DNA of 64,000 nt from Minisyncoccota bacterium (GCA_036510525.1 DATCDU010000020.1:246-64245); one strand, 5' to 3'; counted from the first letter of the stretch, positions 8,859-19,051 are shown. Notes: generated from the sequence alone by a model not told the origin. Translations and numbers: made by a program.

Positions 8859-9592
8859 CGCTACGCAGCCCACTGTGGTACGAGAGATTCTTCAAGATTG
8901 CGCTTCTCGAAAGAAAAGAGAAGGCGCAGGCCGTTGCCAGGATGCTGCAAGAAATTGCGCAACCCGGCAACTTGAGAACAATGTTCGATGAATTCTTGTA
9001 TGAAGTGACCACGTCGGTTCACCAAAACACGGATTCATACACCCACGACAATGGCTTCGACAAAATCGTCCTCTTTGAGGATGATAAGACCAAACTGAAG
9101 ATGCGGCTGCATATTTGGCACCCGCTTCTCATTCCTGGTGCCAAACGGCCGCGGCAGAATGTTCACAACCATCGCTGGGACTTCGGCTCTGTCATCTTAC
9201 TCGGACATGCCGACCACCTTACCTACCAGTTCGCCAAACAAAATAGTGAGGGTGAAGAATTCTTCCATTATCGCTATTACGCCCGAGGCAGCAAAGAGCA
9301 CTACGAACTCGAAGAACTCGGGAAAGCCAAGTTAGTGTGCCTTGGAAGCGAACGTTTCGAAGCAGGTCAACTTTACTACATCGACAACGAAGTTCTGCAC
9401 CGCGTGGACATCGATGACAATATCGCGGTGGCGACCCTCATCATCACGCATGAAAACGTTGGCTGGATCACGAACGACCTGCTTTCTGAAAAGAGCATGG
9501 GGTTTGAAAAGGTCCGACTCCAATCTCCCGCCATGGCCAGAGAGCAAATCGTCTCCAAGGTCACGGCATTGCGCGAGTTGCTCCACATCTAA
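8855..9592 (+). CDS. Cupin / cysteine-dioxygenase-like protein
   Basis: RLHIW...VHNHRWDFGSVILLG ... LHRV metal-binding pattern; ATGA overlap with the kinase. Confidence 0.6.
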   Translation: MTLRSPLWYERFFKIALLERKEKAQAVARMLQEIAQPGNLRTMFDEFLYEVTTSVHQNTDSYTHDNGFDKIVLFEDDKTKLKMRLHIWHPLLIPGAKRPRQNVHNHRWDFGSVILLGHADHLTYQFAKQNSEGEEFFHYRYYARGSKEHYELEELGKAKLVCLGSERFEAGQLYYIDNEVLHRVDIDDNIAVATLIITHENVGWITNDLLSEKSMGFEKVRLQSPAMAREQIVSKVTALRELLHI

Positions 9593-9604
9593 CAAGGAGG
9601 ATGT

Positions 9605-10114
9605 ATGGCAAGAATCTACGTAAGCGAGGAACGGCTGAAAAAACTTCAGCGGGAACTCGAAGACGCCCATGCTGGCCTCAGTGGATTGCGTAAGGAAAAG
9701 AATCTTGCGTACACCGCTACTGGCGACACGTGGCATGACAACCCCTACTTCAACAAATTAACTCAAGACGAGGAAACGCTGGCTCGGAAGATCGCCGAAA
9801 TCCAGCAAACTATCTCCGAAGCCGAAATCTACAATCCATCCGTACGGAACATCGAACAGGTTCGGCTAGGCTCGATCGTACGCTTCGCGCGACGTTATAA
9901 AAATAACAGCGAAGAGACGGACGAGACCTGGGAGATTGTCGGATTTGGCGAAACCGATGTACCCCAGAATCGCGTCGCATACAATGCTCCACTTGGAGCT
10001 GCGCTGATCGGCATGGGGCCAGGCGATACCAAGCAAGCGACGACGCCTAAAGGTGCTGTTGAGTATGAAGTCATCGATCTGTATCCCGACTGGGATGCGG
10101 TGCCGAAAAAATAA
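9605..10114 (+). CDS. GreA/GreB family transcription elongation factor homolog
   Basis: Coiled coil with GDTWHDNPYF tip; VRLGSIV; VAYNAPLGAALIG; AGGAGG upstream. Confidence 0.85.
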   Translation: MARIYVSEERLKKLQRELEDAHAGLSGLRKEKNLAYTATGDTWHDNPYFNKLTQDEETLARKIAEIQQTISEAEIYNPSVRNIEQVRLGSIVRFARRYKNNSEETDETWEIVGFGETDVPQNRVAYNAPLGAALIGMGPGDTKQATTPKGAVEYEVIDLYPDWDAVPKK

Positions 10115-10142
10115 TAGAATTTGGTTTTGAAGACTCAATCTA

Positions 10143-10178
10143 TGGTCGTTCCTCTTTAAAGGGAGCGGCCATTTTTTT
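10143..10178 (+). terminator. Intrinsic terminator
   Basis: TGGTCGTTCC..GGAGCGGCCA hairpin followed by T7. Confidence 0.7.
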
Positions 10179-10200
10179 GTGATATCATAAAGATTAACCG

Positions 10201-10875
10201 ATGATAAAAGGCATCATATTCGACTTTGACGGCGTCCTGATTGATTCTGAACACATCAATATTACTGCTGGTATTCAAGCGTTCAAGGAATTTGGTTACG
10301 ACTTATCCAACGCCGACAAAAAATTAATACCGGGCCAGCATTCTGAGAACGTCATATCGCAGATTCTGAAATTGCGAGGATTAGATCTGCCGAAAGAAGC
10401 CTTACGAGAACAATACAGTAAAGCGTACGGGGATATGTGGGAAGATGCAGTTACCGTTATGCCGCAGGCGAAGGAGACATTGCAACGACTAAAGAGCGGT
10501 GGAATCACGCTCGGCCTCGCGACCAATAATTATAGATCGCGGGTCGAAACCTTCCTTAAACAAACCGAGCTCGGAAACATTTTCTCCGTGATCGTAAGCG
10601 GCGAAGATGTAGCGAAGAGGAAACCCGATCCGGAAGTTTATGTAAGAGCAAAGATAAAATTAGGTCTTCCCGACGAGTCAATTCTCGCTATCGAAGACGG
10701 AGCAGTCGGCCTTGCATCGGCAAAGGGTGCGGGACTCCGATGCGCAATCATTCTCAATCAATACAGCGCGGGCCAAGATTTCTCAAATGCGGACTTCGTG
10801 TTTAAATCCCTGGCGGAACTCATAAACCACCTCAGCGAGAATAAACTGATGGATAAAATTTTTTTACCAGCTTAG
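10201..10875 (+). CDS. HAD-family phosphatase (beta-PGM/CbbY-like)
   Basis: FDFDGVLID, KPDPEVY, IEDG. Confidence 0.9.
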   Translation: MIKGIIFDFDGVLIDSEHINITAGIQAFKEFGYDLSNADKKLIPGQHSENVISQILKLRGLDLPKEALREQYSKAYGDMWEDAVTVMPQAKETLQRLKSGGITLGLATNNYRSRVETFLKQTELGNIFSVIVSGEDVAKRKPDPEVYVRAKIKLGLPDESILAIEDGAVGLASAKGAGLRCAIILNQYSAGQDFSNADFVFKSLAELINHLSENKLMDKIFLPA

Positions 10876-11353
10876 GGAGATCGCTTTTTGATTTGTCGCC
10901 AGTCGCCAATTTTTTAAGAAGTTCTTCTGGTGTGAGCCAATAGTATTCAATGAAATCGCTTTTATTGAAATTTGGAATCGAATCGGATTTTATCTCGTAC
11001 ACATTCATGAAAGCGGACACGCCGTCTTTGTTAGGACTTAGATGCCCAAGGAGCGGATGTGGTGTGGCTTCAGCATTTAAGCCAAGCTCTTCCTCTAATT
11101 CTCTTCCGAATGCTTCTTCATAACTTTCACCGGACGAGACATGCCCCCCCATGCTCATATCAAGGCCAAGCGGGAAAAGACGTTTATTAGCAGCTCGACG
11201 GGGAATCCATATTTTCCCCTCGGAGTTCACAATAAAAGCATTCACGACTCGAAAATTACTTAATCCCTCGGCATAGACTTCTGAGCGCGGTTTTGAGCCA
11301 ACGACCTGATCATTTTCATCCACCAAATCCAAAATTTCTTCGGCGCTAGACAT
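10832..11353 (-). CDS. NUDIX hydrolase (IDI-like)
   Basis: LDLVDENDQVVG; GGHVSSGESYEEAFGRELEEELG. Confidence 0.88.
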   Translation of the reverse strand: MSSAEEILDLVDENDQVVGSKPRSEVYAEGLSNFRVVNAFIVNSEGKIWIPRRAANKRLFPLGLDMSMGGHVSSGESYEEAFGRELEEELGLNAEATPHPLLGHLSPNKDGVSAFMNVYEIKSDSIPNFNKSDFIEYYWLTPEELLKKLATGDKSKSDLPKLVKKFYPSVYSR

Positions 11354-11630
11354 TTTTATTTTAAAAATTTTATTCCTATATTTTATCCGGAGGAGTTTCC
11401 TTTCTCACAATTTTATAAAAATATATTCCCTTCGTTCGCCTACTCAATGTACCATTATATATGTATATTTCAAGTGTGCAGCTCAAAAACCTGACCCCAC
11501 TGAGACTCGAACCGGATTTTCAACAAAATCGAAAACAAAAAGTGAGGTTTTTTAATGCTTTTTTGAAACTAGTTCGAGTCGAAGTGCCGGAGCAGTCTAG
11601 TTTTAGTATCGGACAGACCGAGGGGCGTCA

Positions 11631-11664
11631 GTGAAATCCCCGTTCACAGGAACGGGGATTTCAC
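11631..11664. terminator. 15-bp perfect hairpin downstream of dcm
   Basis: GTGAAATCCCCGTTC-acag-GAACGGGGATTTCAC. Confidence 0.55.
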
Positions 11665-11697
11665 GTTCTGCATGCCCTATATTTAACACCAAGGGGA

Positions 11698-12810
11698 TTA
11701 GGCGAAATATCTCTTAAATTGCTTTGCCCACGCCTCGGCAAGTAAAGGAGGAACAGCATTGCCCACCTGGGCATAATAATTTCTCTTATTGGACGAAGAA
11801 AGGCGGAACCAATCCGGGAATGATTGTATCCGCATGCCCTCCCGTATGGTTATCAAGCGATCAGCGGAATAATGGATGTTGCAACCGACATTCGGTCTAT
11901 TGAAATGGGTGTTCAACGTATAAGGCGTCCGATTGGGATGCAATCTTCCATAGGTAGTCGTACGGCCACCAGTTTTTTTGAAGTTCATGATCCTCTTCGT
12001 CGCTATAGAATCTGGAACGTCCATGTAGTTGCCACCGGGTTTCACTGCTTTAATGATTTCCTTATCCTTGGCACTGGCATACGGCGGGTAATGATGATAA
12101 ACCCCCCGAGATCCAATTCTCATCTTCTCTTGAAATTCACTTGATGGCTTTGAACGATACTGGAGTGGTTCATTGGAGGATGGGCGCGGCAAATCAGATA
12201 GAGCTTCCTTCGCGGTCACCCACTTTTTTAATCCATCGCCGCCATCTTCACTATGGGTAGGTTTAGGCAGTGGTATCTTCAAGCCCGAAGAAGTGCCGAT
12301 AATAAATACCCGCCTGCGTCTTTGCGGAACGCCGTAATCGGCGGCATTCAAAACGTGCGTCTCTATCCTGTAACCAGCAGCACCAAATGCCTCGCGGAGG
12401 TCGTCAATGACAGACTCACCTCTTTCATTTTCCGCCGAACGGAGACCGAGAACGTTTTCGAATAGGAATGCAGCTGGCCTAACTGCCTTCAAGACATCTA
12501 AGTAGTTCCACACAAGGCGGCTTCTAATGTCATCGGATTTGCGTTTACCAACAAGGGAAAAGGATTGGCATGGAGGACCGCCAATAACTAAATCGGCTTT
12601 CGGTATGCTTTTGAAATTCACGCCCCCTATGTCGGCACACAACGTATCAGCTTTAAAATTATTTCTGAAGGTTGTGCAAAAATCTTCAACGACATCATTG
12701 GCCCAGAGAACCTTAAATCCTTGTTCGTGAAAGCCGAGGTCTAAGCCGCCGCATCCAGAGAATAAGCTGACAATCGTTGGTTTAGCCATTTTGGTTTGAT
12801 CTGTCATCAA
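11698..12810 (-). CDS. dcm: DNA (cytosine-5)-methyltransferase
   Basis: LFSGCGG, GGPPCQSFS, FENV, YGVPQRRRR, QVGNAVPP. Confidence 0.95.
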   Translation of the reverse strand: MMTDQTKMAKPTIVSLFSGCGGLDLGFHEQGFKVLWANDVVEDFCTTFRNNFKADTLCADIGGVNFKSIPKADLVIGGPPCQSFSLVGKRKSDDIRSRLVWNYLDVLKAVRPAAFLFENVLGLRSAENERGESVIDDLREAFGAAGYRIETHVLNAADYGVPQRRRRVFIIGTSSGLKIPLPKPTHSEDGGDGLKKWVTAKEALSDLPRPSSNEPLQYRSKPSSEFQEKMRIGSRGVYHHYPPYASAKDKEIIKAVKPGGNYMDVPDSIATKRIMNFKKTGGRTTTYGRLHPNRTPYTLNTHFNRPNVGCNIHYSADRLITIREGMRIQSFPDWFRLSSSNKRNYYAQVGNAVPPLLAEAWAKQFKRYFA

Positions 12811-13426
12811 CTAGATCTTTCAAGAACAACTCAGCGAAGTCGGCCAATTTCGCATTGTTTTCAAATCCACCGATTCCATGATTGATTAATACCGAAGCCA
12901 TCGCTAGATCTAAATCTCGCCTTGGAGTTTCTATTCCTTCGTCACCCTTGACGCTCTCGCCTAAAGCATCGAACTGTTCGAGCGCGGCGCACAACGAATC
13001 AACCTCTTCGGATTTAAGTTCGTCGGGATCAATGGATTTCATCCCTCTCACCATGAAAGCTTCTATTTTTAGCATGCCCTCTTGGTTACCACCCTCGAGT
13101 TCGAACTGTAATTGACCGAAAGCGGACATAAGGTATGACGCTATCACCTTCAAAGATTTGTCGTTACCAAACTTGCGACGCAACAGTCCGCTCGTATAAC
13201 AAAAATTCGTCGATAGTAAAATTCCCTGCTCAGGCGATGCTACATAAATCGCATGCTTTTCCCTAGCTGCCCGGGGGATCAATAATTCCGCCTTTACCTT
13301 GCTGTGGTATGCCGCGTCGACGACCTTCTTCCATTTAGCACGCCCGATGCGTGCCTGCGCTTCCAGAAAAAGCTTGCCAAGGCCGGTGTTTTGGAACACT
13401 TTAAGAGATGATGGCATCGACATCAT
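12782..13426 (-). pseudogene. C-terminal (specificity-like) fragment of an N6-adenine RM enzyme
   Basis: Follows the NPPF fragment out of frame; LLIPR..STNF..SYLMSAFGQLQFELEG resembles the C-terminus of type IIG/TaqI-like MTases. Confidence 0.45.
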
Positions 13427-14348
13427 TTTCTATTGCACGCTTCAGATGTTCGCCATCCTGGTTGCTTAAGAATTTTTCCATCAAAATCACACCTGCACGT
13501 CCTCGCTCCTTCAAATAGTGCCCTATCCAATCCATAAAATAGAAATAAAGGTTCGGCTGCTTCGCCTCCTCCACAATCGTTTTCCCACCATTCGCGGACT
13601 TGAGCGCCTTAATCATGGCTTGTTTGCGGCTGTCAGGTATTGGGTTCTCCGGATCGTCGTTTCGTAGAAAAGGTGGATTCATCAGCACGGCGTTAAATTG
13701 TGCCGGACGCGGATTTGAGAATACGTCCCCGTTAATGAAGTCGATTTCCGTAGAGCTGTCTACTGCATTTAGATTCTTGGCAAGTAACCGGAATGCTGCA
13801 AGCTGGTTTCCGGTCGGCGCTTGGCCCGGCCAGAGTCCCATCTCGACCCGCGTTCTGAGTCCCCGCTTCACATTCACGCTCTTATTATCGTTCTCCAGTT
13901 TTGCCTGCGAGCATAAGATCATCAGCAGAAATTTATCGCTGGGCGAATTCTTGAATCCCTGCCCGAACGTTTTTATCTCCACCAATGATTTTTGATCCAT
14001 CAGGTCCACAAGTGCCCCGAGGTCGCCCGCGTTCCTGCTCAGCCGGTCCGGCGCCCACGTGAGAATACCGTTGAACCGCGCCGCCTTCAGATCATTCACT
14101 ATTTCATTGAAGACCGGACGCTGGTTGGAATCTTTTGCCGAATGGGACTCCCGCCGGATATCGGCGACTTCCAGCCCTTCCCGCTCGGCGATCTGGAGCA
14201 TCTCCTTAACCTGCGAATCGATGGACAGCACCTGCTTCTCCTCGCTTTCGCTCGATTTCCGCGCGTAGAGCACGTATTTGACCTTTATTGGCACCTGCAC
14301 CGCTATTTGGGTTCCGCTCCCCGGCGACCCCATGGTTTGGTTTGTCAT
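13401..14348 (-). pseudogene. Chimera: serine recombinase catalytic domain fused to an N6-MTase fragment
   Basis: YARKSSE..QVLSIDSQ, WAPDRLSRN up to GQAPTG, then an abrupt switch (~13810) to FNAVLMNPPF..LYFYF..GRAGVI. Confidence 0.7.
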
Positions 14349-14435
14349 ACATCAATGAATGACGCACCTCTCCTGGCAAGTCCAGACCTCACTACAAGGC
14401 GACGAAGTTACCCATTTGCCTAGTTAGATACGATC

Positions 14436-15002
14436 CTAAGCCGTTGGAAGAGCCTTTGGCGGATCAAACTTGCACCGCTCGCCATTCACTAGGCCGAAAC
14501 CGGTGAGATGGATAAAGAACAGGTCCCAATCGTCGCCGCCATCGGTCGTACTCACGCATTCGTCGTTGATGTACTTTGTTGCGCTATACTTTTTATCTTT
14601 GTCGTCGTAGCCGATTATGAGATGACAATTGTCTCCGTAGACGTTGCGATATCTCATGCAGCTCAAATAGCCATCTTTTTTGTAAGTATGGAATTCCGGT
14701 TCATAGAGAGCGCTACCGGTTACCTGTCGCCCATTGTCAATCCGTGTGCCCATATAGAGGACATTGAAGGGAAAGCGGTTCAGCTCTGGATTCCAGGAAA
14801 TCTCCAAACGCTGCGGCACGAAAGCGAATCTCGTTTTTGCGTCTTTCTTGAGTATTGCTTTTTCTTCTTTGTTAAATTGTCTCATAAAATTGCGAAACCC
14901 TGCCGCGAGGCAGGGATGATAAATGTTTGCTTCGACCTTTATCTTTCCCTTGCGGGCTGGATGTAGCACCGTATCGTTTCCGATTGGTTGCCGGTGGGTC
15001 AT
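14436..15002 (-). CDS. Hypothetical protein
   Basis: 188-aa ORF with no recognised motif; true start may be internal. Confidence 0.55.
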   Translation of the reverse strand: MTHRQPIGNDTVLHPARKGKIKVEANIYHPCLAAGFRNFMRQFNKEEKAILKKDAKTRFAFVPQRLEISWNPELNRFPFNVLYMGTRIDNGRQVTGSALYEPEFHTYKKDGYLSCMRYRNVYGDNCHLIIGYDDKDKKYSATKYINDECVSTTDGGDDWDLFFIHLTGFGLVNGERCKFDPPKALPTA

Positions 15003-15194
15003 TGAGCCAGTGCTCTCGCCACACTCTTGATAACTATTCAGTTGTGCTTACCATTCCATTCTAGCAAATGCTTCAAACAATACAAGCGACTTTCTCCGGT
15101 GTAAGCTTCATTTTTCCCGACCCAATGTATCTTGTATTGTTTCGCATCGCGCGGCCGATCGACGAGAAGACGAGGCGTGAAGTCGTGTATCAGT

Positions 15195-15831
15195 CTAGGC
15201 ACCATACCGCTGCATAATTTTATCAGCGATTTCTCTTCTTTCGCCCAATTTCATTTTTGAGTCATGGTTCGGCAATTTGTTGACCTTCGCAACATATACC
15301 TCGCTTGCTTTTAAAAATTGACTCCACGATAATCGTATAACCTTCCCTTTCTTTACAAAAAAAACATATTTCATTTTTAGGATTTGCCCATAGCTGCGCC
15401 AGAAAGCCATATTACGCCCTATGTAATCGAACAATAACTGATAAATATTCCGGCTCGCATAAGAGGAACCAATCGCCCAACACACATAAGCGCACCAACT
15501 GCGGTATTTTGTTTTGATAGATTTTTGCTTCCTATGCGTAAGCGGCGCAGTCACCAATCCAGAGAACGAACCGATGAACGATCCCCTCTTTTGAGTGCCT
15601 AGAGAAGAGCGAGTAAAATTTCTTGCGCCACTCCTCATTCCTCCTTACCTGATAAAAATAATTGAACTTTCTTTGATACTCTGCGGAAATATCTGCAGCG
15701 TCTGCCTGGAATAAATTCTCACGGAGAAAAATATAAACACCGAGAACTTTCTCCCATTTTTTTGAGTCTCGCTCGGCAAAAATGTCATCGATCTCCTCCC
15801 GGGTGAGTTCTATAGTTATTTCATTAGTCAT
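15195..15831 (-). pseudogene. Fragmented hypothetical ORFs
   Basis: Two overlapping out-of-frame ORFs (15532-15831, 15195-15638) in AT-rich DNA. Confidence 0.35.
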
Positions 15832-15924
15832 ACCTTATAGACTATTCAATGCTTGCTATCACTTTATTTCTATCACGTTAAGCAACTTTCGGCAAAATTG
15901 GCTCTATTATTGTAAAATTGACGC

Positions 15925-16224
15925 ATGAAGAAAAAGCCCAAGAAAATTAAGCTGGAGGATGTCATCCAAAAATATACACTCGATGATGTTGTCGAGTCTG
16001 AGGAATACAAGGAAGAGACGGAACAAGCGGAAAATGAGATTGAACAGCATCTTGAACTTCTTCAAGAATATATTGGGAGAGAACTTGTCGAAATCGAAAG
16101 ACGAGCCGTTCTTGATATCGTGGGCGAATATAGTACGAAGGATGACGATGGATATATCGTCTTATATTTCTCCTTCATCCAGGCGTGGAAGATTTATGAG
16201 CACCAGCGCAAGAAACTTTCATAA
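15925..16224 (+). CDS. Acidic hypothetical protein
   Basis: 99-aa ORF with plausible helical composition. Confidence 0.6.
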   Translation: MKKKPKKIKLEDVIQKYTLDDVVESEEYKEETEQAENEIEQHLELLQEYIGRELVEIERRAVLDIVGEYSTKDDDGYIVLYFSFIQAWKIYEHQRKKLS

Positions 16225-16236
16225 CGCCACACCGTC

Positions 16237-17415
16237 TTATTCCCCATAGCGTTTTTTGTCCTCAGTTATCCTCTTTTCGAGGTCTTCTTTCTTCGGATAG
16301 AAATACATATCATCCAAAAACTTGAAATACTTCGGATCATCAAGGCTCTCGAAAATCGGCATCGAGTGTCTCGGCGCATCGATCGCAAATTCTTTCATCT
16401 GGGACACGAGCGCTTTTTGATAGGGACTTACTCTTTTGTATCCATCTTTTAGACGATTGTTTTCTATCCTTTCCAATAAATCTCGCATTGAATCATCGGT
16501 CAAGAATTTTATGTTCGGTCCGTCCTCATTATTCTGCCCGTAGGATTTGAGGAGGTATTCCCGTATCCATATGCCAAGCGATACGCGCGTACGGAGTGCG
16601 AGCACTGCTTTGTGGTTTGGATATCGACTTTCCCATAAGTTCTTCCCTCGGTCGTCAATCAACGGATAGGCCCGAAATATACCTTGAATCTTTCCAGTGA
16701 GAATCTCGAGACGGAGCCGCAAAATAAATGAGTCCCGATTCATTGTGGGATCACCCCAGTAATGCGACAGGAGATTCCCAAGAACAATGACCTTCGTATC
16801 CGCATTTCCAAGCGGGAGTATCTCACTTTCAAACCATTGCCCAAGCGCCGCAGCAAGCGTTCGGTCTTCCACTGACACGCTGTCTTCGAGATCGTCACAA
16901 ATAATGAGATCCGGCCGGTACTGGTTGTGCTTTAACCCTCGCACCCGTTGGTCGCGGGAGATGGAGAGAATTTTCGCGCCACAGTAATCGAGCTCAAGCG
17001 ACAATCGATTCCATGCGGCCTCGTTTTCTGTGAACGGACCGAAATCTTCCCTAAGCGCCTCATTGCCTTCGAGTTCTGCTTTAATATTCAAGAAGTGGTT
17101 CTTTGCCTGCTCTTGGGTATTGCTTACGATGATCACGAATTTCTTCCCCGGCTTGCCGAGGATAGACCAGAGAACATTTGCCATATTCATGATTGTCGAT
17201 TTGCCGGATTCGCGGAATGCCATCACGACCACAAAGTTGTATTTCTCTTCCTGGATCAAATGAAACATCTCCATATGGAAGGCTGCCAGCGGAGCGCTCA
17301 AATGATGACGCAGATACAATAAGGTGAACCAAAACGGGCTTTCGTATGCAAGCCGCTGACGTACCCGTTTATTTCCCCGTATCTTTTCGAGTTCGTTTGC
17401 GGTGATCTTTTTCAT
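16237..17415 (-). CDS. Terminase large subunit-like ATPase (no evident nuclease domain)
   Basis: AFRESGKST Walker A; VRGLKHNQYRPDLIICDDLED Walker B region; IVLGNLL. Confidence 0.75.
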   Translation of the reverse strand: MKKITANELEKIRGNKRVRQRLAYESPFWFTLLYLRHHLSAPLAAFHMEMFHLIQEEKYNFVVVMAFRESGKSTIMNMANVLWSILGKPGKKFVIIVSNTQEQAKNHFLNIKAELEGNEALREDFGPFTENEAAWNRLSLELDYCGAKILSISRDQRVRGLKHNQYRPDLIICDDLEDSVSVEDRTLAAALGQWFESEILPLGNADTKVIVLGNLLSHYWGDPTMNRDSFILRLRLEILTGKIQGIFRAYPLIDDRGKNLWESRYPNHKAVLALRTRVSLGIWIREYLLKSYGQNNEDGPNIKFLTDDSMRDLLERIENNRLKDGYKRVSPYQKALVSQMKEFAIDAPRHSMPIFESLDDPKYFKFLDDMYFYPKKEDLEKRITEDKKRYGE

Positions 17416-17827
17416 TGGTTTTTCCTGCGGCGAGGTTCAGAGCGTCAAGCACCAGTTTTTCTTCTTCGGGAGAAAGCTCGTCCGCCGATGCGATAGGAAC
17501 GTACGGCTGACTCTTCGAACCGTACCGCGCGTGATGGTGCTTCAGCCACAACGTAATCGCCGGCATCTTTTTTTCTTTGATGAGCGCGATGAGTTGCGTT
17601 TCGCTCATGTCATTCACGAATTCGATGCCGCGATCCATGGCATCCCGACTTTGCCGCATGAAGTCCTTGTCCTCCTGCCGCCAGCGATAGTACGTAGCAG
17701 AACTCACTCCCGCGCGTTTGCACGCCACGGTGATGACAGGCATCTCTTTCAAGAATTCGACGAGCCCTTGTTTATTGTCGTCCCGCCGCTCTATAACCGA
17801 GGGATTCTCCGCCGGATTAACAGGCAT
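17369..17827 (-). CDS. Small-terminase-like HTH protein
   Basis: PVITVACKRAGVSSATYYRWRQED HTH; AITLWLK; overlaps the terminase-like gene. Confidence 0.65.
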   Translation of the reverse strand: MPVNPAENPSVIERRDDNKQGLVEFLKEMPVITVACKRAGVSSATYYRWRQEDKDFMRQSRDAMDRGIEFVNDMSETQLIALIKEKKMPAITLWLKHHHARYGSKSQPYVPIASADELSPEEEKLVLDALNLAAGKTNEKDHRKRTRKDTGK

Positions 17828-17944
17828 TGATTCTTACGGCGGTAAGACCGGTCAGTTTCTCCCAGCGCCTCTTTATCACTTCGGCATACACCGGCGACTT
17901 TTCCATGAGGTAGCACCGGCGTTGCATCCCCTCCTCCGACCGAC

Positions 17945-18004
17945 CCCTCTGGGACGCCCATGAAACCTCGCTACACGGGATTCAAGTCCGAGGTGGGGAG
18001 CAAA
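17945..18004 (+). repeat. 60-bp direct repeat, copy 1
   Basis: 57/60 identical to 19092-19151. Confidence 0.9.
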
Positions 18005-18033
18005 TCTTATTTTCTGTGTGTTAAGCTGTTTGT

Positions 18034-18105
18034 GATGCGGTAGCCAAGTGGTTAAGGCATTTGTCTGCAAAGCAAATCTCGTAGGTTCGACTCCTACCCG
18101 CATCT
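18034..18105 (+). tRNA. tRNA-Cys(GCA)
   Basis: GATGCGG/CCGCATC acceptor, U73, CT-GCA-AA loop, GGTTCGACTCC. Confidence 0.93.
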
Positions 18106-18106
18106 C

Positions 18107-19051
18107 ATGACTGCAAAAGAATACATCGAGCAGAGGTTGGAGGGCATGAAAGATAAAAGTATTGAGCCAAATATGAAACTGGCCGACTTTATTTTTGCGA
18201 GCATAATGTCAAAGAAGTTCAGAAAATATAGCGTGAACCCCGCAACCAACGACACGGTTCGTAAAGCCATCGAATTGAACATCGGGAATAACGAGCCCAT
18301 AAAAATCGCCATCCCGTTCGGTACCTATAAATTATGGAGGTTGGAGGAAAGCCCCGAACCGGACTGGGCTGAATTGTTCACGATGATCTATTACGCTTAC
18401 TGGCTAAAGCCCATAACGACCGTATACGAACCAGGGGTATGGTTTGATTTTTGCGGAGACGATGCAATCTTGGAATTGATGAATAATATTCCTGAAGTGG
18501 ATACTGAAAGATATAAAAAAGTTTTTAGAGAGCTGATAAATTTTATGGGGCGTTACCTGCCGGAAAATTTTAAATACACCCTCAGTCCCGTAGGTGAAAG
18601 ATACAGTTCACGAGAAGAATTTCTTGCCGACCTTAATGAAAAGATCAAAACACTAGAGCAGAATGGCGGTATCACACTGACTGAACGGGATATTGAAATG
18701 ATGAGGTTCAATATAATACCAAAAGCCGACACGGAGACAGATTTTAAAAAGAATCGGGTCTTACACGATGCATATATGGCGGTAAGCAAACGAAGAGCTC
18801 ATCATAAACGGCCAGATAAAATTCTTATATCAGCAACCCCTTTTGGCGATAGAACGAGCATCCCCCTGGGGACCACAAAAGCTTCTGTTGTTAAATTCCA
18901 AACAGGTGCGGGTGTTTTAAAAAGAAACAACGATAGTTTTGTGGAATATATCTATTCACCCTCACAACTAGAAGGCGGCAAGTTTCAATGGGAAGATATT
19001 CAAATCGAGGGGTTAACGGGAAAGAACTTCAGCCGAATAAGAATCGCATAG
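18107..19051 (+). CDS. Hypothetical protein, distant Dit1/PvcA isonitrile-synthase-like
   Basis: PFGTYK..PDWAELF..I..VYEPGVWFDFCGDD parallels the PvcA PD.AE..Y.PG..I..SDG motif. Confidence 0.5.
   Translation: MTAKEYIEQRLEGMKDKSIEPNMKLADFIFASIMSKKFRKYSVNPATNDTVRKAIELNIGNNEPIKIAIPFGTYKLWRLEESPEPDWAELFTMIYYAYWLKPITTVYEPGVWFDFCGDDAILELMNNIPEVDTERYKKVFRELINFMGRYLPENFKYTLSPVGERYSSREEFLADLNEKIKTLEQNGGITLTERDIEMMRFNIIPKADTETDFKKNRVLHDAYMAVSKRRAHHKRPDKILISATPFGDRTSIPLGTTKASVVKFQTGAGVLKRNNDSFVEYIYSPSQLEGGKFQWEDIQIEGLTGKNFSRIRIA

Larger units (their letters stand above)
8052..11629. mobile_element. Islet flanked by a degenerate duplication of the tRNA-Asn 3' end
   Basis: 8052-8109 aligns ungapped with 11572-11629 (about 45/58 identical; shared GTTCGAGTC, CGGAGCAGTC, TATCGGACAGACCGAG). 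Confidence 0.6.

Noticed and set aside
13401-17827. Intact prophage
   Set aside because: No portal, capsid, tail or lysis genes; the recombinase is truncated.
17945-18004. HDV-like ribozyme call for the 60-bp repeat
   Set aside because: P2/P4/J4-2-like parts can be drawn, but no convincing P1 helix; left as an untested idea.
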